Notes: generated by a model not told the origin, from the letters alone. DNA of 64,000 nucleotides from Takakia lepidozioides (GCA_030704615.1 CM060731.1:15190001-15254000), one strand, 5' to 3'. Counted from the first letter of the stretch, positions 1-14,043 are shown. Numbers and translations are program-made.

Positions 1-464
1 ACACAAGTATAATTATATTACTAACCGTGGTTTCTCTTATTAAAAAAAATAAACCATGTGAAAAACGTACTTGAAGTTATTGGAACTACTTAAAACCCTG
101 ATAGTGCCATGAGACTTCCCAAAAAATAAGGAAAAATCGGTTTACACGAGCAAAACTTACATGATGTAATGACGGTCATTCTGGATCTATCTGTATAGGA
201 AAAATAAAAAGAAAAAGGCTCTGCCCACGAAACTTCAAAGGTTTTGAAAAATAAATCACTTGTGCTCACCATAGCGTACCTTTGGAATAGTTTCACTGAT
301 TCTCGATTCGTCTAGTCTAAGAATATATCAAATGTTCCTTTGTGCTCCCTAACCTCCATATTTGATAGGATTGTGGGGTCGGAAATTACCCGACAAGGCA
401 CATTGCGACCTTAGGACAAGAGAATCGAGATAGGGACAGGTTTTTTTTCGGCCCTGGTGTCAAA

Positions 465-908
465 GGTCTCCAAGACCATATGAAGAGAAATAGTGGGGTT
501 GGCAACAGTGTGTTTACGCCAATTCCGGTAGGTCTCCAAGACTATGACAAGAGAAATAGTGGGGTTGGCAACAACTGTTTACGCCAATTCCGGTAGGTCT
601 CCAATACTATGAGAAGAGAAATAGTGGGGTTGGCAACAATGTGTTTACGCCAATCCCGGTAGGTCTCCAAGACTGTGACAAGAGAAATAGTGGGGTTGGC
701 GCCAATTCCGGTAGGTCTCCAAGACTGTGACAAGAGAAATAGTGGGGTTGGCAACAGTGTGTTTACGCCAATTCCGGTAGGTCTCCAATATTATGACAAG
801 AGAAATAGTGAGGTTGGCAACAATGTGTTTACGCCAATTCCGGTAGGTCTCCAAGACTATGAGAAGAGAACTAGGTAGTGGGGTTGGCAACAATGTGTTT
901 ACGCCAAT
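465..908. repeat. Minisatellite, ~66-bp unit, ~6.7 copies
   Basis: Unit GGTCTCCAAGACTATGACAAGAGAAATAGTGGGGTTGGCAACAGTGTGTTTACGCCAATTCCGGTA starts at 465, 531, 596, 662, 714, 780, 846; the copy at 662 is shortened to 52 bp. Confidence 0.95.
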
Positions 909-1468
909 ATGGGGTCTGCGAAGGTGGAAGTACCAAATTGGCAGCCTCTGAAGGATGGGCTTGGATTAACTTAGTGAAGAATGTTGTATGCATGGAGTGA
1001 GGTATCTGAAACGATCACAAAGAGTAGTACATAAGAGTGATTAGTATCTAGTAAGTAGTTAGTAGACCACTGCTGTACATCTGAAAGCATCAACATCATT
1101 GGATGAAAAACATGTGGGGATGCACAGAAGACAGCTGTAGGGAGGTCTCACGCGTGTGAGGAGAGCAGGCTTTTTCCCACTTGGCACTGTCCTGCTTGTC
1201 ATGTATTCAAACTATCACGGCCTCTCTTACTTAACTCGTCTGCGCTGCTCCATCGCGCACCTCGCACTTGCCCGCGCTCTCTCACTCTTTCTTGCTGCAC
1301 TCTCTCTACTTCTTTCTGCTCTGCTTTCTTGTTTCCTTTCTTTGTCGGCCCCTCCACCGGCTTCCAGCTTACCATCTCTCTCTGTCTTTCCCTGTCAAAT
1401 TTTGAGTGCGGGAGGTCCTGCCTATCTGCAGTTTTGGGAGACAATCAATCTCGCTTCTGCTAGCAGTC

Positions 1469-3046
1469 ATGGGCCTCGAAGGCTGCGAGCGGGGTATGGC
1501 TTGGGGAGGGAAGTGGTTCGTAATGCTCACTTGTATGGTCGCAGCATGTCTTGTCATGGAGGTTGGTGGAGGGCCACTGCCTGTTAGCAGTACGGTTCCC
1601 TTCACAGAGAACTACTTCACCACAGCGGACGCCACTCATGCTAAAATCTTAAACAATGGGCAGCAAGTACAGCTTGTTCTTGATATTTATTCAGGTAATC
1701 TCCTGCGATGTGTTTTTCCATGTGGTTGGTAAGTGCAAGATTTTGCAATAGACCGTGATGGATCATCTCGAGATGAGTGGGAGTTTCCATGGAAAGATCA
1801 TTTTGTGACAGAGCGAAAAGGTTTGTATGGTATGTACTGATGTTGCTATTCAAATCATCAGCACATTCGTGACTAACAACTTTTGGTAACATATGCGACG
1901 GTGGTTTGTTTGTCGCAGCTTCATCGTTTTCATCAAAGAACTTTTATCTGTTTGGGAATATCGGCATGGGGATCAAGCTGGTTCCTGGCAACTCGTCGGG
2001 CACTGTGACTGCCTACTATGTAAGTTGCTGCCTTCATCAGAGGATTTGAGACGGTGTTTGTGCAACTAGAGACGCAAACATGTCTTTCAGGAATTAGTTG
2101 TAGTTAGTGACTTTGAGCCACTGCCTGCTGTGCAGTGTCATTGTGAGAACATTAACCCACCAGGTTTCAGTTTGAAAATATGGCTGTGGTGGGACGCTGA
2201 TGAAAGCATGGGTGATGATGTTTGCAGCTGTCATCACCAGGACCAACACGTGATGAGCTAGACTTCGAATTTCTTGGAAATATATCGGGCCAACCCTACA
2301 CTGTGCAGACTAACGTCTATGCTAAAGGAGTGGGTGGTCGGGAGCAGCGTGTAAACCTCTGGTTTGATCCGTCAACGAGTTTTCATACGTACTCAGTCCT
2401 CTGGAACAAGTACCAGGTCATGTACGTTAGCATGCTAAAACCCTTTCAGTGCAAGGTTCTTATGCCTAGGGGTTTCGAGGAGCCGGACACTTAGTCAGTG
2501 TTACAAGCGAATGTTCTCGAACATGATGTGATGCATGAAGTTCAAACATTAGCCTGTGTTGGAATTGATTTACAGTAGAGACCCGTATGCTATGTTTGAC
2601 GTGGTTAGCCTCAACTTTCGATGACAGACTTCGATCTGCTGTGCAGTTTCTTCGTGGACACTACACCAATTCGCGTGTACAGGAACAGTGAGGATCTTGG
2701 TGTGCCTTACCCTAACAGTCAGGGTGTGGGAATCTACACAAGCATTTGGGACGGAAGCAACTGGGCAACCCATGATGGGTGGATTAAGCTTAACTGGACA
2801 GATGCCCCATTCGTTGCGACGTTCGAGGGTTTCGGGATGGATGCATGCCAGGTGGTGAATAATGACCCGACTTCCTGTGCCTCTGCCACCAATAACTGGT
2901 GGGATCAATCAGAGTATCAGACACTTACCCCCAACCAAATAAACGAGCTGAAGGTAGTTCAAAGAGACTACCTGATCTATGATTACTGCACCGACACGAA
3001 ACGAAACCCCACACCGCCACCAGAATGTGCACGAAACTGGTTCTGA
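1469..3046 (+). CDS. XTH: Xyloglucan endotransglucosylase/hydrolase (GH16), 4 exons: 1469-1694, 1919-2019, 2228-2421, 2647-3046 (~306 aa)
   Basis: Hydrophobic N-terminus; [17 protein letters not shown]; catalytic [10 protein letters not shown]; [12 protein letters not shown]; [10 protein letters not shown]; [13 protein letters not shown]. All introns GT-AG; exons 2 and 3 are 101 and 194 bp, the conserved XTH sizes; spliced length 921 nt is in frame. Confidence 0.95.
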
Positions 3047-5606
3047 AGAAGCCATCGTTTGGATTCCCCGATCTAGCTTGGTGGTGCTACCGTTTACTGT
3101 TAGCCAACATCCAGGCTGACTCCCCTAGGCTTTTCGGCACTTCGACCTTCGTTATATAACCACACCTTCATGTGGCATTGTTTTCTCCTCAAAGCTTGAT
3201 CCTGAAGATCCAACTGCTTGTCCTTGGGAGGAGAACTGGCTTTACCAGTATTCGGTATTATGCAGCTTGTGTCCAAGAGTAGATCGGAAAATGTCGAATT
3301 CCTTCAAAAGGGAATTATCCATTCTCGTATTCTCCATTGAGAAAATAAACTGGTCTCAAGTGACCTACGCCCAAATTATGCTCTCGTGAAGGACACTGCA
3401 GGTGTGGAAGTACTCTTGGATTTGGCTTGGTTGTGTATAGGATTCTGCTGGCAAAACTGCACGATTTGAAAGTTATTGCTTGCTTTCTCCTGTTTGCTTA
3501 TTTACACTACAATCTCCAAATCATGATGCTCTACCCCATTCAAAGTCAAACCTCTCAGTATAACTCTGTTTCCTGATTGGGATGGTACTGACGACATTCA
3601 AATCGGAGCTCATGTGAGCTGTGAAATGTACTGCTTCATGCAGTACCGTCACAGTTATGAGTTGTCATCTGCAACTCAAAAACTCAGTACACTTACTACG
3701 AATTACAAATCTTCAACTCATTTCATGGAATGATGTCTTCGAAAATAACAACAATACAGCTAGTTTGGTTCTATGCATACTTGAGGAAGCAAAGGATACT
3801 ATTTCACATCTTTCTGAGGGCAAGTTGTCGTTGAAAATCCACCACCTCTGATCTCAGAACCATTCTAATGAAAGACTGTCCACTTCAATTCTCGGAAGCT
3901 TTCTAGAGTAGGTGATTGCATCTTCGAAGGAGCTGCGGAGGTGAGCTCATGCCTGCCCCCGTCGTCTGACCTTTTCGATCAGGGTGCAGGCAGCCTGTAC
4001 AGCTATTTTTCCCTTCTCTGGGCTCCAATCCTCCTGCTCCTTTAAACCAAAAGGAAAAAAGAAAGAAAAAGGAAAAAAGAAGCGCATGGTGCATGCACAC
4101 GGTCCACAGCTCCATGCAGATACCTGCTGTTCATTTCCTACATGCTCCAGTTAAAAGCTGGTATTGGGGCAGAGCATGAGGAGGGCATGGCTGCCGTGAC
4201 GAAAGAGGGGGGGACGTGCATGGAGGCAGGGGCACCAAGTGGCAGAACTCTGGCTATGGCGGCGGAGGAGGTCTGGCAAAGCTCCTGATTATAAATGAGC
4301 ATCATTAAATCCAGGAGGCCTGTTAATGGAAAACAGGCTGGACCTGTAAGCGTGCATTATCAGGTAGTTGTCGTTGTACAACTTTTCCATATGCTGGTGG
4401 CGTACATATACCGTTTTAGAAGGGGGGGCACTGAGCATTAGGACGAAGCTGGACCATGCGTGTCTCTCTCGTCTACTTATTATACTTATTACACACAAGA
4501 CTCTTTGGATGTGATGAGCCTTCCTTGCCCCGACACGGTTAGCGAGAACTGGTGTTGACAAAGTCTCTGGTGACGCGAGCTCTCATATGACAACGCAACG
4601 TCACGTCAGCACACGGACTACAGGGCCAGCCTGTACTCCGTCTTCAAAGCTCCAAAGTCCATCATTCAAAAGCCTCCAACAAGTAGCTGTGCAGTCGGGA
4701 CGGGCACTGTCCTTGTGAGGGAGCCGAGGAGAGATAGCAGATGGCCGAGCATGGCAGGGCGACGCTGTGGCCATTGCAAGCTTGCCTGCTGGAATGCCAG
4801 CGTGGGTTGCTCTGAGAAACGAGCATGGTACACACATCTGTGCAGTTTCCACATTGGAAGGAGGCTCTCCCACTAGATCTTGTTGATCTGCTGCTGCCAC
4901 AAGCACGAGATGGTTCACAACGTTCAACATTCATATTCCTGCTGGACCAAACGGAACCTTCCCTTCATCAGTCGCCCAACTGAACCGACAGACCGTTCAC
5001 ACTTCACACATAGGAACAGAGCAGTACAGTCAGACCTAGATGAGTATTAGCAACAGATAATAACTAACAAATGAAGAGGTTTAGAGTTTTTAAAACCACA
5101 TTTATGCCATTAACACCAAACGGTCTGACACATAAAGAGCTCAGGACTTTAGAAGAATAAGAAGAAGTTTAAGGATAAATGAAATACCAATGAATTTCAA
5201 CATTAACCATATGTGACATGAAAAGGATCCGGGAAGATGCAGTCTGGCAAGTAATCCTTTGCTGCTTTGTTGGTCAAAAAAATATGAATCGCTATTAAGG
5301 TCAGTACACACCTAGTGGTACGCTCGCATGTGGTAAGTCCCTTCACACTGGCGGAATATTTAATTTAAGCTTTTGGGATTTCTTACCCCCAAACTAACAC
5401 AGGTGTGATTTACTACTTTCTACATGTGTTCACACCTAGGGATACTTACCACTGACAAACTACTTACCACCTTTTCAAATTAGCCCGCATATGCACCTGC
5501 AGAGAGAGAGAGAGAGGTACCATTGAGAGACGCGGTCGTCTCTCTCATTCACCGCTGCTTGCTCTTCGCTCTTCGAAGTGAATTCTTTGCTCTTCATTTT
5601 TTCAGC

Positions 5607-6747
5607 ATGGATTTTTCGCTGGAGGAGTTCATGTACACGACATTCGTTGTACTTTTGTCAGAAATGTCCGTTCAATCTTTGGGGGCTACGCATGGATTTC
5701 CCCTTTTCACTCTTCCAGATTTCGATACAGAATCGATGCTTGCAAACATGCAACTTGTTCTTGCGACCTCTGTCATTAGAACTCGGAGAATGTTATGCAA
5801 TCTTGCCATAGTATTTGGAACAGAGCTTGGAGACTGGGTAAAACCACACAGCACAACATGGTTCAGCCATTTTCTTGTCACCGAATATGACAGTGAACGT
5901 TGGTTGACAAAAGATACAGTGCTCTACATTTGCAACAAGATAAAACGTCATGTTCGAAAAGAAGACACCAGATATCGCCTGGCCATTCCTGTAGAAGTTC
6001 GGGTGTGCTGCACACTGTACAAACTTGTTCAAGGAGCAAACCTATTGACTTGCAGCGAGTTCTTCGCGATTGGCAAATCCACAGTATCGTTGGTTATCAG
6101 AGATGGTTGTTCGGGCCATTAATACAGTGTTCCGCAATTTGATATCATGGCCAACATGAAATAAAATAGTCATTGTTATGGAGGACTTCTACAAGTGGTG
6201 TGGCCTTCCAAGCATACACGGTGCCATAGATGGCACGCATATAGCCATCTCAAAACCACCAGGTCCAGGAGCAGAAGACTACTACTACTTCAAGTCCTTA
6301 GGTTATTCAATGGTTGCCCAGGCAGTAGTAGATAGCCAAAAAAAAATTCTTGACTTGTACGTTGGCATGCCTGGGAGTGTGAACGACAGCCGAGTCCTTC
6401 GCCTCTCAGGTTTGTACCGCAAAGCAATGTATCATGGACTCTTCGACTGAGCCAGGGGTTGTCAAGAAGGATTTACCCCGTACCTATTGGGTGACAAGGG
6501 GTATTATTGTATTTCTTGGATCATGACACCGTTTAGAGATGGGCAACCTACAGTGCTCGAATTGCTCTATAATCGAAAGCACAGGCGAGGAAGGTCGGTT
6601 GTAGAAAATAGTTTTGGAATCATGAAAAAAACTTTCAGGGAAATGCTCCACAAAACTGAACTACACGTCGTCATTGTGCCAGACGTATTCACAGCTTGCT
6701 GTCTTTTACACAATCTGATTCGTAGTAGAAACTACGCATATGTTTAA
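5607..6747 (+). pseudogene. Harbinger DDE transposase (HARBI1-like), frameshifted with stops
   Basis: FAIGKSTVS, GAIDGTHIAI, GSVNDSRVLR, GDKGY, VVENSFGIMKK, ACCLLHN across ORFs 5523-6122, 6178-6450, 6487-6747. Confidence 0.9.
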
Positions 6748-7049
6748 AGACTCATGGAAATAATTCAACGAGAAAATCTTGAATTGCCACGACATGAGCA
6801 AAATGAGATTCAGACAGAGCAAGTACAAAACGCAAATTATGAGCAGCCGCAAAATCATGCTGAAATTCAAAGGACGAGAAACGTCGGGTCAAAATCTGCG
6901 CAATGAATTGGCGCACTATCTGGGACGTCAAAGAATGCAGTAATTGTTATGGTAATGTCTGTTGTTCGATCTACATGTTCTTTGCAATTATATCAAACTC
7001 CAGATGTGTCTATTCAAATTGTAGTTGATCAGGCTGCTTATGTCAACAT

Positions 7050-8285
7050 TCATTCATCGTTGCTACTACGATCCTTGTTGATATTTGCATCTGGAATGCC
7101 ATTTTTCTTTAGAAAGGCTTGTCCCATTACCTTGGTGAGGCCCGTTATAGTTGAGACCATATCTTTTTGAATCCAATTTAGTTCCTTGTGAAACTTAAAA
7201 TAATCGAGTTGAGTGTGTAACAAGAATTCATGCGCTTTTGCTCTATTTTCCTCGATTTGCAGGTTCGTTTCATGGATCTTGTCGATGGATTCAACCAGCA
7301 TTCGGTTATCTTTCTCTGTCACATCAATCAGCTGTTTTTTACTTGAGGACGACTTGCGCTTCACTCCGGTGCTTCCTATATTCTTTGGTGATGCATTTGA
7401 TGAAGAATCCGCAGGTTCAGGAGTCCTACGATTTGGGACAGGATTGGTTGGCTCAAGAGTAGTACCTGGAAAAATAGGTACGGTTTTCCTTGGAGGTATG
7501 AGTGCTGCCTGGATAGCACTTACGGTATGTCTTAGTGCAAGAGGAGCCGTCTCCAGAATGGGGGAGTAGCCTTGAGTTTCGGAACCAGTGTCTGAAGCCT
7601 AGAAATGTCGTCCCTGAGTACTCACTGTGTCTACAGACGGATCACCAATATGATCAGTCTCATGGTCAGACAGAACAATTGGCGTATAGACATTGTCATT
7701 GTTGTCCATGAGGTCACGTGTATGAATGGGTCTGAACACTGGACGGTGCCCCATAAATGCTTGGATCATATCATAAACAGTGCGATTGAATTGACGGGGG
7801 AGGTTGAGTTGTATTCTTTCCCTCGCTCCGAGATTCCAGTACTCTTCACCCGTTCCTGTACCATTCTGGTAATCGTGAATACGTTTGAAGTCTCCAAATA
7901 TGGAGCTCCATTTGTCCTTGCATGGTGCCACATTCCGGTGATGCATGCAATGATCTGTTTTCATGATTGTAACTGAAATTTTACGCCATTTGCACACTGC
8001 ACTTTCAAATTTGTCTCTCGGGTCAACAGTATCCAGACTGGCTACATATTTGTCTCTTTTCGCAGTGACAAGTGCCAAGACCTCTGCGTATTCCCAATTG
8101 GGTTGGCGGGGTTTCTTGGTTTTTATCACAGGGTCTGAGCCAGAAGCAGACTGTGCAGGTGCCTTCCCTTTGCACTTCTTCTTCCGTTGGACTCCACCAC
8201 TGGTATCATCAGATATCTCGACCGTTTCTGCATCTGAAGACAAGCAAATCAATTGTGAATGACCGAGACAAACATTCAATTGCAT
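7050..8285 (-). pseudogene. Harbinger Myb/SANT (trihelix-like) DNA-binding ORF with coiled-coil C-terminus
   Basis: RQPNWEYAEVLALV..KWRKIS..CKDKWSSIFGDFKRIHDY..YWNL..ERIQLNLPRQF; interrupted by a stop at ~7599; C-terminal part in ORF 7050-7364. Confidence 0.8.
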
Positions 8286-8902
8286 AATGACAACAATTCA
8301 ATTGTGAAAAGATTGTATGCAGTTAATAACTCACTCGGATAGTTATTTTCTTGGTTTTCAGTATCGTTGTTCTCGTTGTTCTCGTCATTATGTTCCTTTT
8401 CAGTGTTAACGTTCGCAATTCCCATCATATCCAGCAGCGACGACACGATGACTGATGAGTCCTAGATGAGTGTGTGTGCACAAATGCGTGAAGAGCATGC
8501 ACAGACGAGGAGTGTGTGTGTATATACTAGCGATGGCAAGCACAGATGTGCATAGACAGACTAGCGATGGTGAGCGAGAGCGGGAGATGGTAGGAGCGCG
8601 ATAAGTTATCAGTCCATTTTTGGCGCTCATAACTTGCCACCGAGAATCCTGAAAGATTTATGTGGATTGTGTTAAGATACCACTAATGGTGTTAAGTGCA
8701 GTGGTAGCTTTGTCACCGGTGGTAGCTAACTTTTTTGGTCTGAATGCAGGGATAAACTTACCACGCGGGGGATGTACTTAGCACTGACTTAGCACCAAGT
8801 GTGCACGGACCTTTACGCTATTATGTACTACAACCTTGAGGCCGGGAGGCCGAAAGGTTTACTGGCTATAGCCGGCTCTTTCAAACCGGCTATGTGACAT
8901 CA

Positions 8903-9238
8903 CCGGCTGTTTTGGGAATCGAGATGACCGGCCCAATCACGTCTCAGCGTTCTACCTAGTCGCAGGTTGAGGAGGTGGGAAATTGGGAAGAAGGTAGAGG
9001 GTTATCGCCCATAACCCAAGCTGCTCTCAGCCACTAGAGGCCAGACACGTCATCCAGATTCCCAAAATAGCCGGTTATGGATACGGCTGGCCCAATCAGG
9101 TCTCGGTGTTCTACCTAGTCGCAGGTTGAGGAGGTGGGAAATTGGGAAGAAGGTGGAGGGTTATAGCCCCTAACCAAGCTGCTCTTAGCCACTAGGGGCC
9201 AGACACGTCATCGAGATTCCCAAAACAGCATGTTATGG
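8903..9238. repeat. MITE-like unit with a ~160-bp tandem duplication
   Basis: CCGGCTGTTTTGGGAATCGAGATGAC (8903-8928) is inverted relative to GTCATCCAGATTCCCAAAATAGCCGG (~9049-9074) and GTCATCGAGATTCCCAAAACAGC (9207-9229); ~8930-9080 is repeated at ~9089-9238. Confidence 0.65.
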
Positions 9239-10091
9239 TAGCAAAGAATGTCACTAGAGCCAGGGACTCACATTGTCTTTCCGGGTCTCCAATAGTGTTG
9301 TGGTTTTGCGACTACCTGCTAGATCGGGGTATACCTATTTTTAATTGTAGATACCCGCCAGTCTGTGTAATCATCTTTATTATATAATACCACCAGTTCA
9401 GGATATCAGCCGGTTATTAGTTTGATGATACCTGTCCGTTCCAGATATTGGTTGGCAGAATTACTTGCCGGTTCCGGGTAGTGATCGGGATATCAATTGA
9501 AATTCCAGTGACGAATAAGTTAGGTCCGATCTAACAGTTGGAGCTGGTTTAGCGTAGACGACCATAGGGTCCATTAGTAGTGGTCAATATTTTCGCTGCC
9601 GACATTCCATATTATCTATATACAGGTATAATAGAATATTCCCAAAAACCTTAGCCTATCATTACGTAAATATTTAATCTAATATAAATTAAACATAATA
9701 ATACTAAAGCCTGATTCTAAATAGAACAGCTTACTTGCAGCTCGCTTATTTTGTCAGTTGGTGTAATTGCCCATGGAGACGAAGGCTGAAATTCACATGT
9801 ATCGACACAGCCTATGAGTTCGGGAAATTGTCAAGACAAGATTTATACTCAACATTTTTTTCTGTGGCAGAGCAGTCAAGAAATATTACATTTATTAAAG
9901 TGGGAGGGATCCAAAATTGATATCTGGGTGAAAATCACCGTCCAGATATCCCTTAACTTTTTATCCTGCGGGGCGTTATTTTTTCATATCTTGGGGTTCC
10001 GGCATTGACAACCTGATTGATACCCTTTTACAGAATTGATGTCCCCCGTCCGCACATCACTTGGTCTGAAGTGCAGGAAGTATTTCATATG

Positions 10092-10094
<3 letters not shown>

Positions 10095-10123
<29 letters not shown>
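10095..10123. repeat. (GA)n microsatellite
   Basis: ~14 GA units. Confidence 0.95.
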
Positions 10124-10127
<4 letters not shown>

Positions 10128-11113
10128 CCAACCAACTCACAAATAAAAGCCTCATACCCTTGCGCCAACTCTATATCACTGCGGTCGACCCTGGCTAAAT
10201 GTGCCCTCTTTATGTGTTATAAGGGGTTTAATTGTTATCTTTTTTTTACTCCCTAAAATTTTACACTATGCTGGCGGCAATAGGGATGTTATATGTTAAA
10301 CATTACAAAAATGGTATTCCCTCCTTTGTAAAGTGACCCTTGATATACGTTATGTCCACCTCTTTGTTAGGAAAGTACACTGAAGGCTGCCTACAGTAGG
10401 TTGAAACATAAATATTTCCATTGACATTTCATTAAGAAATAAATAATGTGGAACCAACGACATGTGATGATTAAATTTCTGAATTAATATAGGGATGGAT
10501 GTCTAGCAAATTGGCTCTGTATAATGCAATGTAGTTACGTTTCCGACTATGGGGGGTTCACGAATTTGTTCATTACGAGGAAGAACACGATTTGAACACT
10601 CCATATGCACCTACGGAAAGCCTGGGAACTCGTTGATCCATGTGCATACGTTGAAACTGAAGATGACGAAGACGAACCTATTTTAGATCCAGTGGCACAA
10701 GTGACATTTTCCAATGTTCAGGAGGAATTCAAAGTGATTAATATGTTTCTAGAACAACAACCCTCGGTGGTTGGTTGAGAGACTTTCTAATAGGGTTAGA
10801 TCTGTAGAAAATAGTCTAAGTTATCTACGTAGTAGGTTGCAAATTGTCGACATGACACTATTGACAGAATTTTCAGTCGATTTGACATGTAACTCTGTAA
10901 ATGTTATATTTTTTGAAATCATCCCTGGTTTACTGTTACATGGATAAATGTTAAGAAGAGTCTTGGTCGCCCTCTTAAATTGTTACTGTTATTTTTTTCT
11001 TACTCCCAAGGCGTAACAATAAAGGAGGGTCGACTGTATAGTTTACCACCAGTTGGTAGCTGGATTGGATAGCCCACTTAGTGCTAAAAGTGATACTGGC
11101 TTCAAATCCTGTG

Positions 11114-12209
11114 TGTGGTATTGTGTTATCTTCTCCCCCTACCCTTGGACGTCGGCATTGCGCTTGGTTTTATTTTCCTCTCACTGCAATTAAGTGGCCC
11201 AATTTGTAAGCAGTCTCTCAACTTTCACTCCAAAGGTGTTTCCCTTAGAGCACCCCGAACGGAGGTACGCCCTGCCATTTCCAACGCCATTTTGGCATAG
11301 CGTTTCCTGGATCGTGCCCCACCGTACCCCGCCAACACTATATATGGTGCGGAGGGTATTTTCCATCTTTGGCGTATCTGGCCAAGCCTCCGCCAAGCGC
11401 GCAAGTGCAGGCCCAAGCGCAAGGAGCAAATCCGGTGCGTGCACGTCGCGCAGAGTTATGAGGGCATTTATGAGGAACAGGGGCTCTTGCTTTTGGGGAT
11501 ATGAAGAGCGGGTGTGGCGCAGCCTGGAGCCACCACGTGGCTTCCGCAGGCTGGCCAACCCACCTTGGCGTTCAACTTAACGCGAGCCCCGCTGGACATC
11601 CTCCCGCCAAACTCCACGCCGTGATGCAAACCCTACGCCAAACTCAACGCCATGAGGAGCTTGGGGGGCCCCAATGGCGTTCACCGTTGGAGATGCTCTT
11701 AATATATAGAATAATTCCTAATAGGTGGATGGATGGAATAATCGCAAGGGAGCAGTGAGATTCCCCATTCTTGGAAAGCTGACGTACATGATGCAGATCG
11801 GAAGTCAATCCTGACACTCCTTGCACATTCAGGAGGTGGGGTCGGAAATGTGTGTGTCGGCGCAGTAATCATAAACGAGCTAAGCTTAGTTATTGCCTGC
11901 ACCCAAAGCTCAGCTCACTGATCTCCAATGTCTGCATACTTACCGTATGCTGTAGACCAACGCTCGTAACGCCGCTCGTCGTATCTCCTCCCACTAAGTT
12001 TAGTTCCTCGCCTTGATACGTTGAGCTGCTTGCGAGTTTGACACGCCATCCTGTGTGGCCCACAGATCACCATTCCAAAGGCGTGTCTTGTAAATTGTAT
12101 ATTCCCGCAGGCTGGCTGTTGCGGTAGGCCACCCCAAGATCGATCTTCAGCATCCTTGTAAGTAAGCGCGGATCGGCTTTGGGTCTATGTACTACGAAAA
12201 ATTGCCACA
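11114..12209. mobile_element. Possible solo LTR (~1.1 kb)
   Basis: GC-rich block bounded by TGTGGTA...TGCCACA with internal TATATA motifs; flanks CTGTG and CTCTA match only 3 of 5. Confidence 0.3.
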
Positions 12210-14043
12210 CTCTAGAGAGGCTCTGAATGTTGTGTGATCTAGTCCTGACGTCCTAACGATGCTGGTTGGGCCACCACCTCATTAAAGGACGAGCTATTTT
12301 TTGGTGGGCCCACTAAAAAAAGGGTGCATACGTACATACCCTTATGGACGAGGGTGTAACTTCTTACCCCCAATCATCTATGGGGATAAACCTTATACTT
12401 ATGTGCATATCTACTAGATCCATGTCCTGTCAAAAATATAGGCAAATTGACCGCTGCATTCGGGAGATTATAACAAACTAATATGCCCCAATTTGAAAAT
12501 ATATTCAAAAATTGCATGGAAAAAATTGTTTGACCACAAAATTGAAGTATCGAGTTGAATCTTTCTAGACAAAGGCCCTCCACAATCTGATTATATAGCA
12601 CCTAAACTACTGCCTCCCCAAAAAATCAGACAAAATTCCAATAATTCAGATAGGCTGCTTTGTATATGAAATATGGGGGGTAAATTATCTTGTTTTGGCT
12701 TCTTTCCCAAGTACACCCATGAGGTGACATTTGTTTTCCAATTCCACTAGTAAGTAAGTGCACAGTAACATTTCATGGTGCCTTGTTCAAAAAATTTGGC
12801 ATTATAATAAATTTTCAGCCCTAGATGTTATCTTGAAGATTGCCCATTTGGCTACCACGTAGGCAGGTCAATGGTGCTCTAACACTGGATTTCCTGAAAC
12901 CTGGCACTTTGCCAAATTCTAGGCAGCAGAGCTTTTATGATTTTTTGGCGCTGTAAAACCCACATGTGCTCCTCAATTCATCTTCAAGGTTCACTTCCAT
13001 CCACTATCATCCATGGGAACTGGAGCCTGGCAAGTAATTTGACGCTACCCCAATGGGGTCGCGTCGTCATGTAGGGGTTAAGAAGGAATTACCTTGTATA
13101 GGGTCAAAGGTGGCTTAGGAAATTTACAACTACCTCCATACAGGTAGTTACAGGATTTCCTGCATGAAGTTAGCTGCATAAATAGGTTGAACTACCTCTA
13201 TGCAAACAAGGTGTGAGATACACGGAGGCCATGCCATTGTTTTATTGATATGAAATTTTATGGAATTATGTTATGGCTAATAATAATGTATCTTAGGACG
13301 ATGGGTCTCTCTCTACAAAAGAGCCAATAAGGAAATGAGTGTAACATGTGCCCAACTGGGAACTAAAACTTTCATGTTCCTATAAAGTGTCATGGGAACA
13401 ACCCATGATATAAGGTTAAGGTCACTTGATGCGTAGTCCCTACCCTGTCGGGCAGGGCCAATAAAGGTAAATAATCACAAATTACCTCTATGGAGATACT
13501 AGTCCCAATCATTTCCAACCACGAAACCAAGCATCAACAAAGAAATGGAACCCACAACCTCCCGGGGAACATCATTATTCTTTTAGCACCAGACTACATC
13601 CTCAACCTTGCCACCTACATATCATTTGATTGGACCAGGGCTCCCCGTTGCTCCACACTACCAGGGAGTACTTTTGAAAACAATGTTGAAGTTTTACAAA
13701 AGTTCAACGTTTATTTCATTTTGATTGAATTTTTATCAAAATAATAATAAGAATAATGTGAAAACTTAATGCAGGCATGCAATTTGACAGTACTTTTGGT
13801 GGATTTTATATGGTTCAATATCTCTGTATATTATAAATTTAAAGTAAAAATATATAACACATCATTTGACATTCAGAACTACACTTCAATAATATATATA
13901 TATATATATATCATTTTTACAAAATATATTTGATCAATTCATGATGTTGTTTTATTGTAGAGAGAATTAGACACATGAGAAGATAAAATATTTATTTTCT
14001 TAAGAATAAAATTACAAAATAGACACCCAATGCCCATGGGCCA

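Larger units (their letters stand above)
5298..8812. mobile_element. PIF/Harbinger DNA transposon, full length, decayed
   Basis: Imperfect TIRs AGGTCAGTACACACCTAGTGGTA (5298) and TAGCACCAAGTGTGCACGGACCT (ends 8812); TTA TSD at 5295-5297 and 8813-8815; convergent DDE nuclease and Myb/trihelix genes inside. Confidence 0.88.

Noticed and set aside
465-908. CRISPR-like array
   Set aside because: Units repeat in full with no unique spacers; eukaryotic context; no cas genes
1156-1605. Overlapping ORFs upstream of XTH
   Set aside because: CT-rich 5' UTR/promoter low-complexity translations
3900-4985. Possible minus-strand exons downstream of XTH
   Set aside because: Splice-like sites present but no recognisable protein motif in any frame
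10180-11040. pogo/Tc1-like element (right end GAGGGTCGACTGTA)
   Set aside because: Left end only weakly matches and no transposase remnant is recognisable
12360-13084. piggyBac-like ends (CTTCTTACCCC / GGGGTTAAGAAG)
   Set aside because: Match is about 11 bp with an indel; TTAA absent on the left
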